Source: Promethearchaeota archaeon (GTDB taxonomy: Archaea; Asgardarchaeota; Lokiarchaeia; Sigyniarchaeales; SOKP01). From it: a DNA stretch of 14,605 nt. The notes below the pieces were generated by a model. It was not told the origin of the DNA and searched no databases. It was given only the letters and a program-made list of their open reading frames with translations. A program made the position numbers and the translations under genes. Location of the stretch: positions 326-14,930 of the forward strand of contig RDOE01000079.1 of assembly GCA_011364975.1 (NCBI GenBank), given 5' to 3'. Of this stretch, positions 1 through 8,743 are shown in pieces (positions within the stretch are counted from its first letter, which is position 1; every line of letters starts with the position of its first letter).

Positions 1-140
1 CTTCGGCACTAAATGAACTTTTTCGCGATAAAGAACAATGTTTTATCATGGTTAGAGTTGAAAATGCTCCAGCAGTTCATACTTATAAAAAGTTAGGTTT
101 TTCAATTTGTAATACTCACTATTCCTTTGAGAGATTATAA
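1..140 (+). CDS. GNAT-family N-acetyltransferase, C-terminal fragment (5' truncated by window edge)
   Basis: Not in the ORF track. The frame from position 3 reads SALNELFRDKEQCFIMVRVENAPAVHTYKKLGFSICNTHYSFERL* (TAA 138-140). V-x-x-x-N-x-x-A-x-x-x-Y-x-K-L-G-F is the typical C-terminal GNAT motif. Confidence 0.8.
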   Translation, partial: SALNELFRDKEQCFIMVRVENAPAVHTYKKLGFSICNTHYSFERL

Positions 141-351
141 TTATAAAAATTGTCTTGAGTTTATTAAAGGTTTTAATATGATTTAATCAATTAACGGAAC
201 TTATAATAGAAAAGAATAGGAAGTTTTTCAATATATTTCTGGAGCCTAATAAATGGATGGGTGAATCTTTAAAAAGAATATTACTTAAATTGTCTTTTTC
301 CTTAAAATAGAAAAAAAAGTAAATAATAATATTCTAATTTTGGGAACTTTT

Positions 352-678
352 TTACTCTGGTGGTTTGAGCCCTAATACGTCCATCGCTTCGTTTATTGAA
401 GACAAAGTTTCTATTTGGAATTTATAATCATTTATCCCTTCAGCGAGCATTATCAATCGCTTGTTAGTCAAGGCTATATAATCTACGAGTTTCCCTTCTT
501 TAACTTCAACGGCTGTCACGCCCTTATAACCTTCTTTAGTAGCGGCAATTGCGTTATCAAGAAGAACTTTAGATAACGATTTATCTCGGGGATACTTTTT
601 CATTACTTCGAGGTATACTCTTCCTGCTTTTTGCGCTTGGTTATGCGGAAACCATCCCGTAATCATAACTATTACCAA
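352..678 (-). CDS. Hypothetical protein, 108 aa (small soluble alpha/beta protein)
   Basis: TTG start with a GGTGAG RBS (683-688, minus strand) and a TTATATAA box at 706-713. Protein-like composition with alternating strand and helix pattern. No function recognised. Confidence 0.75.
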   Translation of the reverse strand: MVIVMITGWFPHNQAQKAGRVYLEVMKKYPRDKSLSKVLLDNAIAATKEGYKGVTAVEVKEGKLVDYIALTNKRLIMLAEGINDYKFQIETLSSINEAMDVLGLKPPE

Positions 679-705
679 TTATCTCACCAAATTTAGTTTA
701 TAGAG

Positions 706-713
706 TTATATAA
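706..713 (-). promoter_or_regulatory. Putative TATA box for the 108-aa gene
   Basis: TTATATAA lies 27 nt upstream of the start codon, a typical archaeal spacing for a short 5' UTR. The AT-rich background lowers specificity. Confidence 0.45.
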
Positions 714-736
714 TTATTATGCATTGGAATTCAAAA

Positions 737-766
737 GTAACCTAATTTCAATAAAAATTAGATTAC
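737..766. repeat. 12-bp inverted repeat (operator or RNA hairpin)
   Basis: GTAACCTAATTT-caataa-AAATTAGATTAC: 11 of 12 positions are complementary, and the single mismatch is a G-U pair on the minus strand. Confidence 0.5.
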
Positions 767-848
767 ATTATATTTTGATATTTCTGCATAAAAACTTTAC
801 TAGATCAAAATTAGAAAAACATCAAAGAAATGAAAGAAAATAGAATAA

Positions 849-1748
849 CTATAATAACAATTTTGATTTAATATAATCCCCTATTTTATTTATAGCCTCT
901 TGTCCTTCTGGAGCCCAACTAGCAAATGCTTGGAACACATGTATCATATCATCCCAGATTTTTAGAGTGATATCAATCCCCGCTTCTGTAGCTTTTTCAG
1001 CGAATCGAATCGAATCGCTTTTAAGTATTTCTGCATTTCCTGCATGGATTAGAATCGGAGGTAGACCTTCTAATTTTCCATAAAGTGGTGAAATAAGAGG
1101 ATTTTTAGGATCATTATTTCCAATATAAAGTTCAGCCAAGAAATAAAGCTCAGATGGTTTTAACCAAGGATCAATCTTAGCATTCTCTTTTATAGAATTA
1201 CCTGTCATTGCCAAATCGGTCCATGGTGAAAGACAAACAGCAGCAGTAGGTAGAGGGATAGATTCATCTCTCAATTTAATGAGGGTAGATAAAGCTAATC
1301 CACCACCCGCAGAATCGCCTGCAATAACGATTCTATTAGGAGGGATTTTTTCTTGTTCTAATAACCATTTATAACACAATATTGCATCATCTATAGCCGC
1401 AGGAAAAGGGTGTTCAGGTGCAAGCCGATAATCGATAAGGAGAATTCTACTTTTAGAAGCTCGAGAAATCCTCAGTGCTAAATCTTGATGGGATGTTAAT
1501 GAACCTGCTACATAACCTCCACCGTGCAAATACAAAATAATATTGCTCAAATTTGACTCATGAGTAGAAATCCAATTTGCAGCAATATTATTTATCCTTA
1601 TCTTTTCGATAGATACATCATCAGGAAGCTTTGCTAAAACTGCTAATTGTTCTAAACCTTCTCTGGATTGTGCTACTCTAATTCTAATATTTTTTTCACC
1701 ATTTTGCTTTAAAGTTTTAATAACTGCTTGCATTCCTTTACTTACCAT
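849..1748 (-). CDS. Alpha/beta hydrolase, hormone-sensitive lipase (family IV / Abhydrolase_3) esterase
   Basis: YLHGGGY oxyanion motif, DYRLAPEHPFPAAIDD, nucleophile elbow GDSAGG, LSPWTD, catalytic acid region GNAEIL and catalytic His in MIHVF. GGGGAG RBS upstream. Confidence 0.93.
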   Translation of the reverse strand: MVSKGMQAVIKTLKQNGEKNIRIRVAQSREGLEQLAVLAKLPDDVSIEKIRINNIAANWISTHESNLSNIILYLHGGGYVAGSLTSHQDLALRISRASKSRILLIDYRLAPEHPFPAAIDDAILCYKWLLEQEKIPPNRIVIAGDSAGGGLALSTLIKLRDESIPLPTAAVCLSPWTDLAMTGNSIKENAKIDPWLKPSELYFLAELYIGNNDPKNPLISPLYGKLEGLPPILIHAGNAEILKSDSIRFAEKATEAGIDITLKIWDDMIHVFQAFASWAPEGQEAINKIGDYIKSKLLL

Positions 1749-1810
1749 TTTATCTCCCCTAAAAAAAGTCTATTTATAGATATTATGAATAGATAACATA
1801 ATATTATGCT

Positions 1811-2500
1811 TTATCTATTTAAAAACTTCTTATAATCAGAACACAATAAATATTTTGGTGCTGTATCCTCTTCAATATCTGGAAATCTACTAACTTTTTC
1901 AACAAAAAAGTTGTCACCTATATCATCATTCACTCGAGAAACTTCACCTATTAGAATCTTTCCATTCTTCTTTTTTACCCAGAATTTATGGAATAATCTT
2001 GGTGGAATAGTTATTGATTCACCAGGAGATAACTCAATAATTGCTCCAGCTGCAAGGTTTGTTAATTCACCATCAATAGAAACCGTAATCTCGGAATTAG
2101 AAAATTTATTCTCATTATTGGAATTATATAATTGAACCATTAAGCTACATCCCCCGCGATTGATAATATCTTCCATTTTATTGGAGTGAAAATGCATTGG
2201 GATTTGTTGCACTTGCTCCATTATCATGATCTTTTCGCAATAATTTTTTCCTCCTTGATTGATTGTATTTGGATTACCGTTTCGTATCGTGAAATGTATT
2301 AAACCCATTTTATAAAAATCTCCTCGTCCATAATCTGTAATATCCCAACCTAATTTAACATCGATAATTTCATTTATTTCTTCACCTTTTCCTTTCCAGT
2401 CTTCTAGGCTCCAGTAAGCAAATTTGGGCAAGTAAAATTGGTGCTTTTTTAAAAATTTAATTGCTTTAGAAATAATCGAGTTAATTTCTGAGCGTTTCAT
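1811..2500 (-). CDS. D-lyxose/D-mannose family sugar isomerase (cupin)
   Basis: MKRSEIN N-terminus, LGWDITDYG, FTIRNG, YCEKIM, cupin metal motif PMHFHxxKMEDIINRGG, LSPGESITIPPxLFHKFW and GEVSxVNDDxxDNFF are all characteristic of the lyxose ketol-isomerase family. Confidence 0.92.
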   Translation of the reverse strand: MKRSEINSIISKAIKFLKKHQFYLPKFAYWSLEDWKGKGEEINEIIDVKLGWDITDYGRGDFYKMGLIHFTIRNGNPNTINQGGKNYCEKIMIMEQVQQIPMHFHSNKMEDIINRGGCSLMVQLYNSNNENKFSNSEITVSIDGELTNLAAGAIIELSPGESITIPPRLFHKFWVKKKNGKILIGEVSRVNDDIGDNFFVEKVSRFPDIEEDTAPKYLLCSDYKKFLNR

Positions 2501-2654
2501 CTATTTACCTTAAATTTTAATCTGTACTCTAAAAATATAAATAGATTCATTCGATATTAGTTTTTATAGATTTTTCAATAAAGAACAAACTTTACTAATC
2601 TTATATATTAATATTAATCAAACTGGTTTTATAACATAATAATATTAAAGTAAA

Positions 2655-3518
2655 ATGATAATAGACTTTCACTGTCACATCTTCCAAAAATACTATACTA
2701 GAGAGGAAATTGAAACTTTATTTAACAACTTTAGGGGATACGGGTTTTATGAAAGAATTTTAGAGAGCATGTCCAAATTAGAACCTATAAAAATTGATAA
2801 TATTGTTGAAAGAACTATTTTTTACATAAAAAATTCGGGTATTGATAAAGTTGTTCTACTTCCTGTTAATTCAAAGGAAAATTTAATTGCTAAAGAATGG
2901 TATAATGAAGCACCGGATATCTTCATACCATTTTTTAATCCTCCTGAAAAATTACAAAATGGAGTTGATGAAATGGAAGTCATTGAAGAAGCAATTAAAC
3001 TAAAAGGGTATAAAGGCTTTAAGATAATGCTTTCCTTTAGGAAAAAAAAGCTAAACGATGAACTCCTATTCCCAACCTTAGAAATTGCTACTAAATATAA
3101 AGTTCCAGTACTTATGCATAGTGGCTATCCACCCCCCGGAACTAAGAAAGGTGTTCTCACATACTCCAATCCAATTGTAATAGATGATTTTATCAATTCT
3201 TTTCCTAAGGCAAAGATTATTATCGCCCATATGGGATTTCCTTGGACAGATATTGCAATTGCTTTAGCTACGCAATATCCTAATGTCTATTTAGATATTA
3301 GTAATTTAACTTATATGATGCCAGATCATTTAAAGAGCCTCCTCATTCAGGCTAAGGAGATAATGGGGGTTGATAAAATCTTATTTGGAACAGATGGATT
3401 TCTTCCAGAAATGATTGAAATCGCAGTGAATTATTTTAAAGATGCTGAATTTCTAACAAAAGAAGAAATTAATAAAATTCTGGGATTGAATGCTCAGAAA
3501 CTATTGAATCTTACCTAA
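2655..3518 (+). CDS. Amidohydrolase family protein (Amidohydro_2-type TIM-barrel metallohydrolase)
   Basis: IIDFHCH (HxH), GFK, PVLMHSG, IIIAHMG, NVYLDIS, KILFGTD and a C-terminal ILGxNAxKLL. Confidence 0.9.
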   Translation: MIIDFHCHIFQKYYTREEIETLFNNFRGYGFYERILESMSKLEPIKIDNIVERTIFYIKNSGIDKVVLLPVNSKENLIAKEWYNEAPDIFIPFFNPPEKLQNGVDEMEVIEEAIKLKGYKGFKIMLSFRKKKLNDELLFPTLEIATKYKVPVLMHSGYPPPGTKKGVLTYSNPIVIDDFINSFPKAKIIIAHMGFPWTDIAIALATQYPNVYLDISNLTYMMPDHLKSLLIQAKEIMGVDKILFGTDGFLPEMIEIAVNYFKDAEFLTKEEINKILGLNAQKLLNLT

Positions 3519-3544
3519 TCTTTTAATTTGATTTTATATTATCT
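3519..3544 (+). terminator. T-rich spacer between convergent genes, probable archaeal terminator
   Basis: TCTTTTAATTTGATTTTATATTATCT follows directly after the amidohydrolase stop. Confidence 0.35.
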
Positions 3545-4681
3545 TTAAAATTTAATTCTTCTAACCTTACCATAATCTTTATTGATTTTTCTTTTCTCTC
3601 TTAACTCTGCCTTTCTCTTCGCGATAATTTGGTATAATTCATTGAAATTTTTAGGAGGTATCATTTCTTTCTCCTTTTTGATTAGGGTTCTAGCATTTTG
3701 AGGACATTTTGTGACACATACACCGCATCCTATGCAATATCCTAAATTAACTTCGCTAACATCATTTTCATTGAATTTATTTGCATCCATATGGCAACTT
3801 GAGATGCAATTGCCGCATCCTGTACAAAGGTCTTTATTTATTGTTATGTAATAGTTCGAATTAACAAAGCGTGCGGGGTTTTCATACTTTTTTAAATTTT
3901 CAAGGAACATACAAGAACATCCACAACAACTACATATCAAGAATGGCCATTGAGAATTACTAGGAGAAATAACCATTCCCATTTCTTGTGACTTTCGCAG
4001 AACTTCAAGCGCTTCCTCGTTTGTAATAACTCGACCTATTTGTAGAGGAAATCTTGGATTTGGGCCAATGGACATACATGTTTCTATTGGGTGATCGCAC
4101 CCTTTTCCTTGTATACTTTTTGATTGTCTACATATACAAGGACTAAGGTTAATCTTTCTTTTGTTGTTAATTAGAATTTTTTTTATTTCATCAAAATTAG
4201 AAATAGTATACTCTACTGGAACACTTTTTTCTACGGGAACAGTTCTGATCTGTAGAATTCCGTTTTCTAAGAAGCCAGAAATAAATCCTTCATCACAATA
4301 TTGGTCAAAGTCTTCTGCAAGTTCTTTAGTAAGCTTGTTAATTTGAAAATCATAAAATCCAGGCGCTAGAGGAACAATACCAAAGTAATTGACACCTTCT
4401 TCACTTTGAATCCACATTATCGCTCCTTTTTTAGCCATACCCAAAAGATATTCTGTGAATTGCTCAAGGGTCCACCCCTTTTTTTTAAAAGGCCTAAACA
4501 GTGCTTTTGCTTCTTGAGGGATAAATTTGAGATTTAACGCAATTTCCGCTTCTTGAGGAGTAAATAAGTGTTTTAAAATTCGAATTTCTACGCCGGATTC
4601 AGTCTCTGGGAAATCCACGGGAAGTGAATCAAGATACATTTGAAGTTTCCTATATATCTGATCTTCGTTTTTAGAACTCAT
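3545..4681 (-). CDS. 4Fe-4S dicluster domain-containing protein with N-terminal HTH-like region and extra Cys-rich centre
   Basis: Two ferredoxin motifs CTGCGNCISSC and CIGCGVCVTKCP. Additional CICRQ, ETCM and ICSCCGCSC motifs (18 Cys in total). The N-terminal ILKHLFTPQEAEIA...LLGMAKKGAI region is winged-helix-like. Confidence 0.85.
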   Translation of the reverse strand: MSSKNEDQIYRKLQMYLDSLPVDFPETESGVEIRILKHLFTPQEAEIALNLKFIPQEAKALFRPFKKKGWTLEQFTEYLLGMAKKGAIMWIQSEEGVNYFGIVPLAPGFYDFQINKLTKELAEDFDQYCDEGFISGFLENGILQIRTVPVEKSVPVEYTISNFDEIKKILINNKRKINLSPCICRQSKSIQGKGCDHPIETCMSIGPNPRFPLQIGRVITNEEALEVLRKSQEMGMVISPSNSQWPFLICSCCGCSCMFLENLKKYENPARFVNSNYYITINKDLCTGCGNCISSCHMDANKFNENDVSEVNLGYCIGCGVCVTKCPQNARTLIKKEKEMIPPKNFNELYQIIAKRKAELREKRKINKDYGKVRRIKF

Positions 4682-4941
4682 ATAACTAGATTAGCTTAGG
4701 GTTTTAAAAAGGTTACATTTTTGTAAATGAATTTTTCTAATATTTTATATAAAGAATTTTCGATCGAGATATAACTTTGTATTTTTGTAATAAATATATA
4801 GTGTCCTTGATGATCCTATTAATTTCTGATCTTTTCACTTCAATCTCTCGTTTAGATATTCAAATTTGAATAATAAATTGGATGTTTTTGAAACATAAGT
4901 AAAAATATAAAGATACGTCTCTTTTTTTAAGGTGATCAGTT

Positions 4942-5424
4942 TTGGGAACTCATAGTAAATATTTAAAAAAAGTTTTAAACAGCAGAACTAAGGAATATAT
5001 ATCAATAACCATGTTGATCTCCTTTATTGTGTTCATTAGTTATATTCCTAAATTCGGTTCTATAAAAGGTCCAGTCTTTCAAAATAAAGAGGTGAGATAC
5101 GGTGATGTATGGTATATTGATTTCAATAATAATAATGAATTAGATTGTTATGATTTTATCATTACAAATCCTCAATCTTATATTTATATTTTACTGCCTC
5201 AAAATGAAGGAGAGGAAGTTGTCTGCTTTTTCTTGAAAGGTGAATCTGTGATTCCAGCTATGGAACCACGGTCTGGATGTATTTTGTATTTGGATATACT
5301 GCATACTTACAATTTGAAATTAGGTACTTCCATGTTTTTGATTTTAATTTATATTTCTCTATCAACAACTTATTTCTTCATAAAAAGAAAGCATTTCCAA
5401 ATCATAAACAAGCTGTTGTATTAA
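4942..5424 (+). CDS. Hypothetical membrane protein (two TM segments flanking a loop with an EF-hand-like Ca-binding motif)
   Basis: TTG start 5 nt after a GGTGAT RBS (4931-4936). Hydrophobic segments YISITMLISFIVFISYI and LGTSMFLILIYISLSTTYFFI followed by KRKH. Contains the motif DFNNNNELDCYDF. Confidence 0.6.
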   Translation: MGTHSKYLKKVLNSRTKEYISITMLISFIVFISYIPKFGSIKGPVFQNKEVRYGDVWYIDFNNNNELDCYDFIITNPQSYIYILLPQNEGEEVVCFFLKGESVIPAMEPRSGCILYLDILHTYNLKLGTSMFLILIYISLSTTYFFIKRKHFQIINKLLY

Positions 5425-5578
5425 TTTCTGACCCTTTCTAATTGATATTTTTTTCCGCAAATTATGCTATAATGATCGCGACAAAGGTGTAAAAAATAAT
5501 GCGTGATTTTTTAAAATAATGCTTATTAAGGTCATTGTAATATTACTCAATAACTGAATATTTTCGAATAAAAAAGAG

Positions 5579-6388
5579 TTGAATCAGATGAAATTTATAG
5601 ATCTTTCGATACCTTTAATTAATCCAGATGAATTAATTTTTGATCCTCCTTTAGGCACCCCGAAAGTGGAATATAAAACTCATGAGACAGGAGCAGTGGA
5701 GATGGGTTTTGTTTTTCCTAAATTAAAACCTGAACATCTCCCTGATGGTAAAGGATGGGCGACAGAAACGATTACATTGGGTACGCATAGTGGAACTCAT
5801 ATGGATGCACCTTGGCATTTTGCTCCGATTCAAGATAAAGAAGTAGGTAAAAAAAAGGCATTAACTATAGACGAATTTCCTTTAGAATGGGGTATTGGAC
5901 CATTAGTTGTAATAGATTGTACGGATTATGAAGAAGGTTACATTTTAACTTCTGAAGATGTTGATAAAAAGCTAAAAGGTATAGCCCATACCCTTAAGGA
6001 AGGTGATATTTTTTGTGTTCATACTAATGCACCGAAACATTTTGGGACCAAGGAATATATCAACCATGGAGTTGGAATGGGTAAAGATGCTACATTACAT
6101 ATAGTAAGACAAGGAGTACATGTAGTTGGTATTGATGCGTGGTCATGGGATGCACCCTTTACGTTAACAGCAAAAAAGTGGAAAAAGTCTGTTAAAGAGC
6201 AAAAACCAGATACTTCGATTATTTGGGAAGGGCATTTTGCGGGAATTGATTTAGGATATTTCCAAATGGAAAAAATGATGAATTTAGATAAAGTGCCACC
6301 GGTGGGTGCCACGGTATACTGTTTTCCAATAAAGATCGCTAGAGCGAGCGCTGGTTGGGTGAGAGCTGTTGCTACTATTCCTGATTAA
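5579..6388 (+). CDS. Cyclase family protein (kynurenine formamidase/KynB-like metal-dependent hydrolase)
   Basis: FIDLS N-terminus, signature HSGTHMDAPWH (HxGTHxDxPxH), VGIDAWSWD, QMEKMMNLD and FPIKI...SAGWVRAVA. The true start may be the ATG at 5588 (MKFIDLS). Confidence 0.92.
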   Translation: MNQMKFIDLSIPLINPDELIFDPPLGTPKVEYKTHETGAVEMGFVFPKLKPEHLPDGKGWATETITLGTHSGTHMDAPWHFAPIQDKEVGKKKALTIDEFPLEWGIGPLVVIDCTDYEEGYILTSEDVDKKLKGIAHTLKEGDIFCVHTNAPKHFGTKEYINHGVGMGKDATLHIVRQGVHVVGIDAWSWDAPFTLTAKKWKKSVKEQKPDTSIIWEGHFAGIDLGYFQMEKMMNLDKVPPVGATVYCFPIKIARASAGWVRAVATIPD

Positions 6389-6417
6389 AAATATAAAAAA
6401 AAAGTTAAAAAAAATTT
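6389..6417 (-). terminator. Oligo-T terminator region for the 743-aa gene
   Basis: 29-bp spacer between convergent stops. Its A-runs on + give T7-T9 tracts on the minus strand. Confidence 0.45.
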
Positions 6418-8649
6418 TTATTCTTCCTTAAAAATGTTTTCTACTAAGATATGATCTTCCTTAAAATGAATTAAGGCACCACTCCAATCCTGTAAAATTT
6501 CCTCATATTTATTTTCAAAAGTGGTTACAAATTCCTTCAATCTACTTCGAACTTCAGAAGTTTGTTTTCCTTTAACGAAAAGAGCTCCAAATATGCGTTT
6601 CCCATACTCAAGTAGAATCGTAATATCTCCATGATCAATGGTTTTAAGTAAATCTTCAGATCTTGTTGTCTCTTTAATAAAGGAGGTAATAGCAGAAAAC
6701 ATTCCAGATATTAACCCAGGATCTTGTGAAAATTCCTTCGAAAAGTTATAGTCAAATATACCACGTCCATCATCATATATAATATAAAGTCCTTGTTTTT
6801 CGACTCTCTCAAAAATGTAGCTAAATTCTTGTTTCTGAAGATCAATAAAATCCTTATTATATAGATATTTAAGTGTAAAATAGAATCTTTGACTTTCTTT
6901 TTCATCTTCCGGTCGAATTTCTTCCAATAATTTAGGTTCTTCAATTATATTTAATAACGAGAGAATTTCCTCACGTTCAGAACTAAGTTGCTGTAATGGT
7001 ATATTATCTTTTTTTGCGACTAGAATTGGTGCTTTTAACTTTGTATATTCAGGATAAGAAAGAAAATCTGAAATAGAGGAAAAAATTACTTTCTTAATAT
7101 GTCCCTCATCTAAGAGTAAGTTTCTTACATTAAACTCTTTTTTCATATAATGAAGTAGTAGCCCCCAGATGATAATATTAAACACATATTGCGTGGATAA
7201 GTAAGGGATTGCTAAGAAGAAAAGTATTCCAGAGAGATCTGCATTAAATCCAGCAGTTCTTAAAGTAAAAAAGTTAAATCCAAAAACGGTGGTATAACTT
7301 GATTGTCCTGTAATCCAATAAGTATTAGGCGCAAAATTGATCAAGCTATAGGCACCTATAGCTGTAAATATAACCGAGAGGGCTATGATTATTGGTATAT
7401 AGGTAATAAGTGTTAAGAAATTACTTTTCATATACCGAAAGCTCAAATTCAAGAATATTGCTGCTATTAACAAAGCAATGACTATCAATACGATAAAATT
7501 AAATATATTCATTAAATCAAATCCAAAAGTTTGATAGAGATATAAAGTGCCTGGGAGAGCAATATTTGCTGAATTGATTATTGTCCAAGGATTATCACCA
7601 AAAATTAATAAGTAGATTGGACCAGAAACAAGATAATTGAGGAGAAAAAATACAAAAAAAGCTAAACAACTAAAAACAATTCCATAATAAAAATTGGTGT
7701 AATTGATATTCTTTCGCTTTTCCTTTTTATTTTTCCACCAGTCAACAAGTTTAACGAAAATTATTAAAGAAATTGGTTCAAATATTTTCAAAAATAAAAG
7801 AAAAATGATAGAGGCCATAATGAAATAAGCAAAGAAATAAATAATTATTCCAATGGAACCAATATCTTCAACTATGAATAAAATGATCGATAGTATAGAA
7901 ATGGGCGTTCCAACAGTATAGAGACTCTTATAAGCTTGCTGTCTGATACTTTCTCCAAAATATTTTCCCTTTAGAGCAATCTGAGAGCTAAACAATAACT
8001 CCAAACTAAAAATAAATGTAGCTAAATAGACAAATAAAATTTCAATGAACCATCCAACAGCAGTTTCACCAGTTGTTATCGAAATAAGCTGTAATCCATT
8101 TATTTTTAAGATTACTTCCAGCAAATAGAGAGAAATAGGTAATAAAACAATCATTAACTTTAATATCTCTTTCTCTCTTACCCAATTTCCTTTAAGTAGC
8201 GCATTTTTGATCTGTCTAGAGGGGCTTTCTGAAACATTATAGGTTAATCCTTTTAAAGTTTCAGCTTTGGAATCATTTTCTTTTCTTACCTTATTCCAAG
8301 CAAGTAAAAGCGAAATGAATGGAGCTAAAAAGAAGATGAAAGGTAAGGTGACCAATGGATAATATGCAAATAGTGTGATTAAAGAACCTATATGAGCAAT
8401 TATATATCCGATCCCTAAAAGTAAGTTTCCTTCTTCTCCACTTTGTAAAGTAAGCTCTTTAGGTGGAGTATTGAATTGAAATATAAGGGGTAAAATCCAA
8501 TAGATGAGATAAAAAACCATAATTCCGAGCATTATTCTATAATATATTTTGCCAACAATTTTCTTTCTAATGAAAGGATACGGTATAATCAATAGAATTA
8601 TAGGTATCGCGTTAAGTAAAAAAGTATAAGTAATTTCGATTGCTGTCAT
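6418..8649 (-). CDS. Polytopic membrane protein (about 12-14 TM) with C-terminal longin/roadblock-like domain
   Basis: The first ~500 aa are mostly long hydrophobic segments. The last ~125 aa (GLYIIYDDGRGIFDYNF...DPGLISGMFSAITSFIKE...LKTIDHGDITILLEYG...FGALFV...EVRSRLKEFVTTFENKY...DWSG) follow the beta-beta-alpha-beta-beta-beta-alpha-alpha longin-like pattern that is expanded in Lokiarchaeia. Confidence 0.8.
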   Translation of the reverse strand: MTAIEITYTFLLNAIPIILLIIPYPFIRKKIVGKIYYRIMLGIMVFYLIYWILPLIFQFNTPPKELTLQSGEEGNLLLGIGYIIAHIGSLITLFAYYPLVTLPFIFFLAPFISLLLAWNKVRKENDSKAETLKGLTYNVSESPSRQIKNALLKGNWVREKEILKLMIVLLPISLYLLEVILKINGLQLISITTGETAVGWFIEILFVYLATFIFSLELLFSSQIALKGKYFGESIRQQAYKSLYTVGTPISILSIILFIVEDIGSIGIIIYFFAYFIMASIIFLLFLKIFEPISLIIFVKLVDWWKNKKEKRKNINYTNFYYGIVFSCLAFFVFFLLNYLVSGPIYLLIFGDNPWTIINSANIALPGTLYLYQTFGFDLMNIFNFIVLIVIALLIAAIFLNLSFRYMKSNFLTLITYIPIIIALSVIFTAIGAYSLINFAPNTYWITGQSSYTTVFGFNFFTLRTAGFNADLSGILFFLAIPYLSTQYVFNIIIWGLLLHYMKKEFNVRNLLLDEGHIKKVIFSSISDFLSYPEYTKLKAPILVAKKDNIPLQQLSSEREEILSLLNIIEEPKLLEEIRPEDEKESQRFYFTLKYLYNKDFIDLQKQEFSYIFERVEKQGLYIIYDDGRGIFDYNFSKEFSQDPGLISGMFSAITSFIKETTRSEDLLKTIDHGDITILLEYGKRIFGALFVKGKQTSEVRSRLKEFVTTFENKYEEILQDWSGALIHFKEDHILVENIFKEE

Positions 8650-8693
8650 TTTTAATTAAAATTTATGATATTATTTTTTAATAAAAGTATACA

Positions 8694-8706
8694 TTTATAA
8701 ATATAA
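8694..8706. promoter_or_regulatory. TATA-like element in the 94-bp divergent spacer between the longin-membrane gene and the HDAC gene
   Basis: TTTATAAATATAA reads as a TATA box on both strands, about 40-45 nt from each start codon. Confidence 0.4.
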
Positions 8707-8743
8707 GAGTCTAGCTATTTGTTTTCATCAATATTATATTATA

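Noticed and set aside
1911-2135. 74-aa + strand ORF
   Set aside because: Antisense shadow inside the well-supported sugar isomerase.
4161-4346. 61-aa + strand ORF
   Set aside because: Antisense shadow of the Fe-S protein.
6019-6312. 97-aa minus ORF with several Cys/His
   Set aside because: Antisense to the cyclase gene, with no coherent motif.
849-6388. Esterase, amidohydrolase and cyclase as one catabolic operon
   Set aside because: Orientations alternate and the genes have separate promoters and terminators, so there is no operon structure.
6711-6944. 77-aa basic alternative-frame ORF inside the 743-aa gene
   Set aside because: Lys/Ile-rich composition is expected from an off-frame reading of AT-rich coding DNA. 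The main frame is uninterrupted, so no frameshift is needed.
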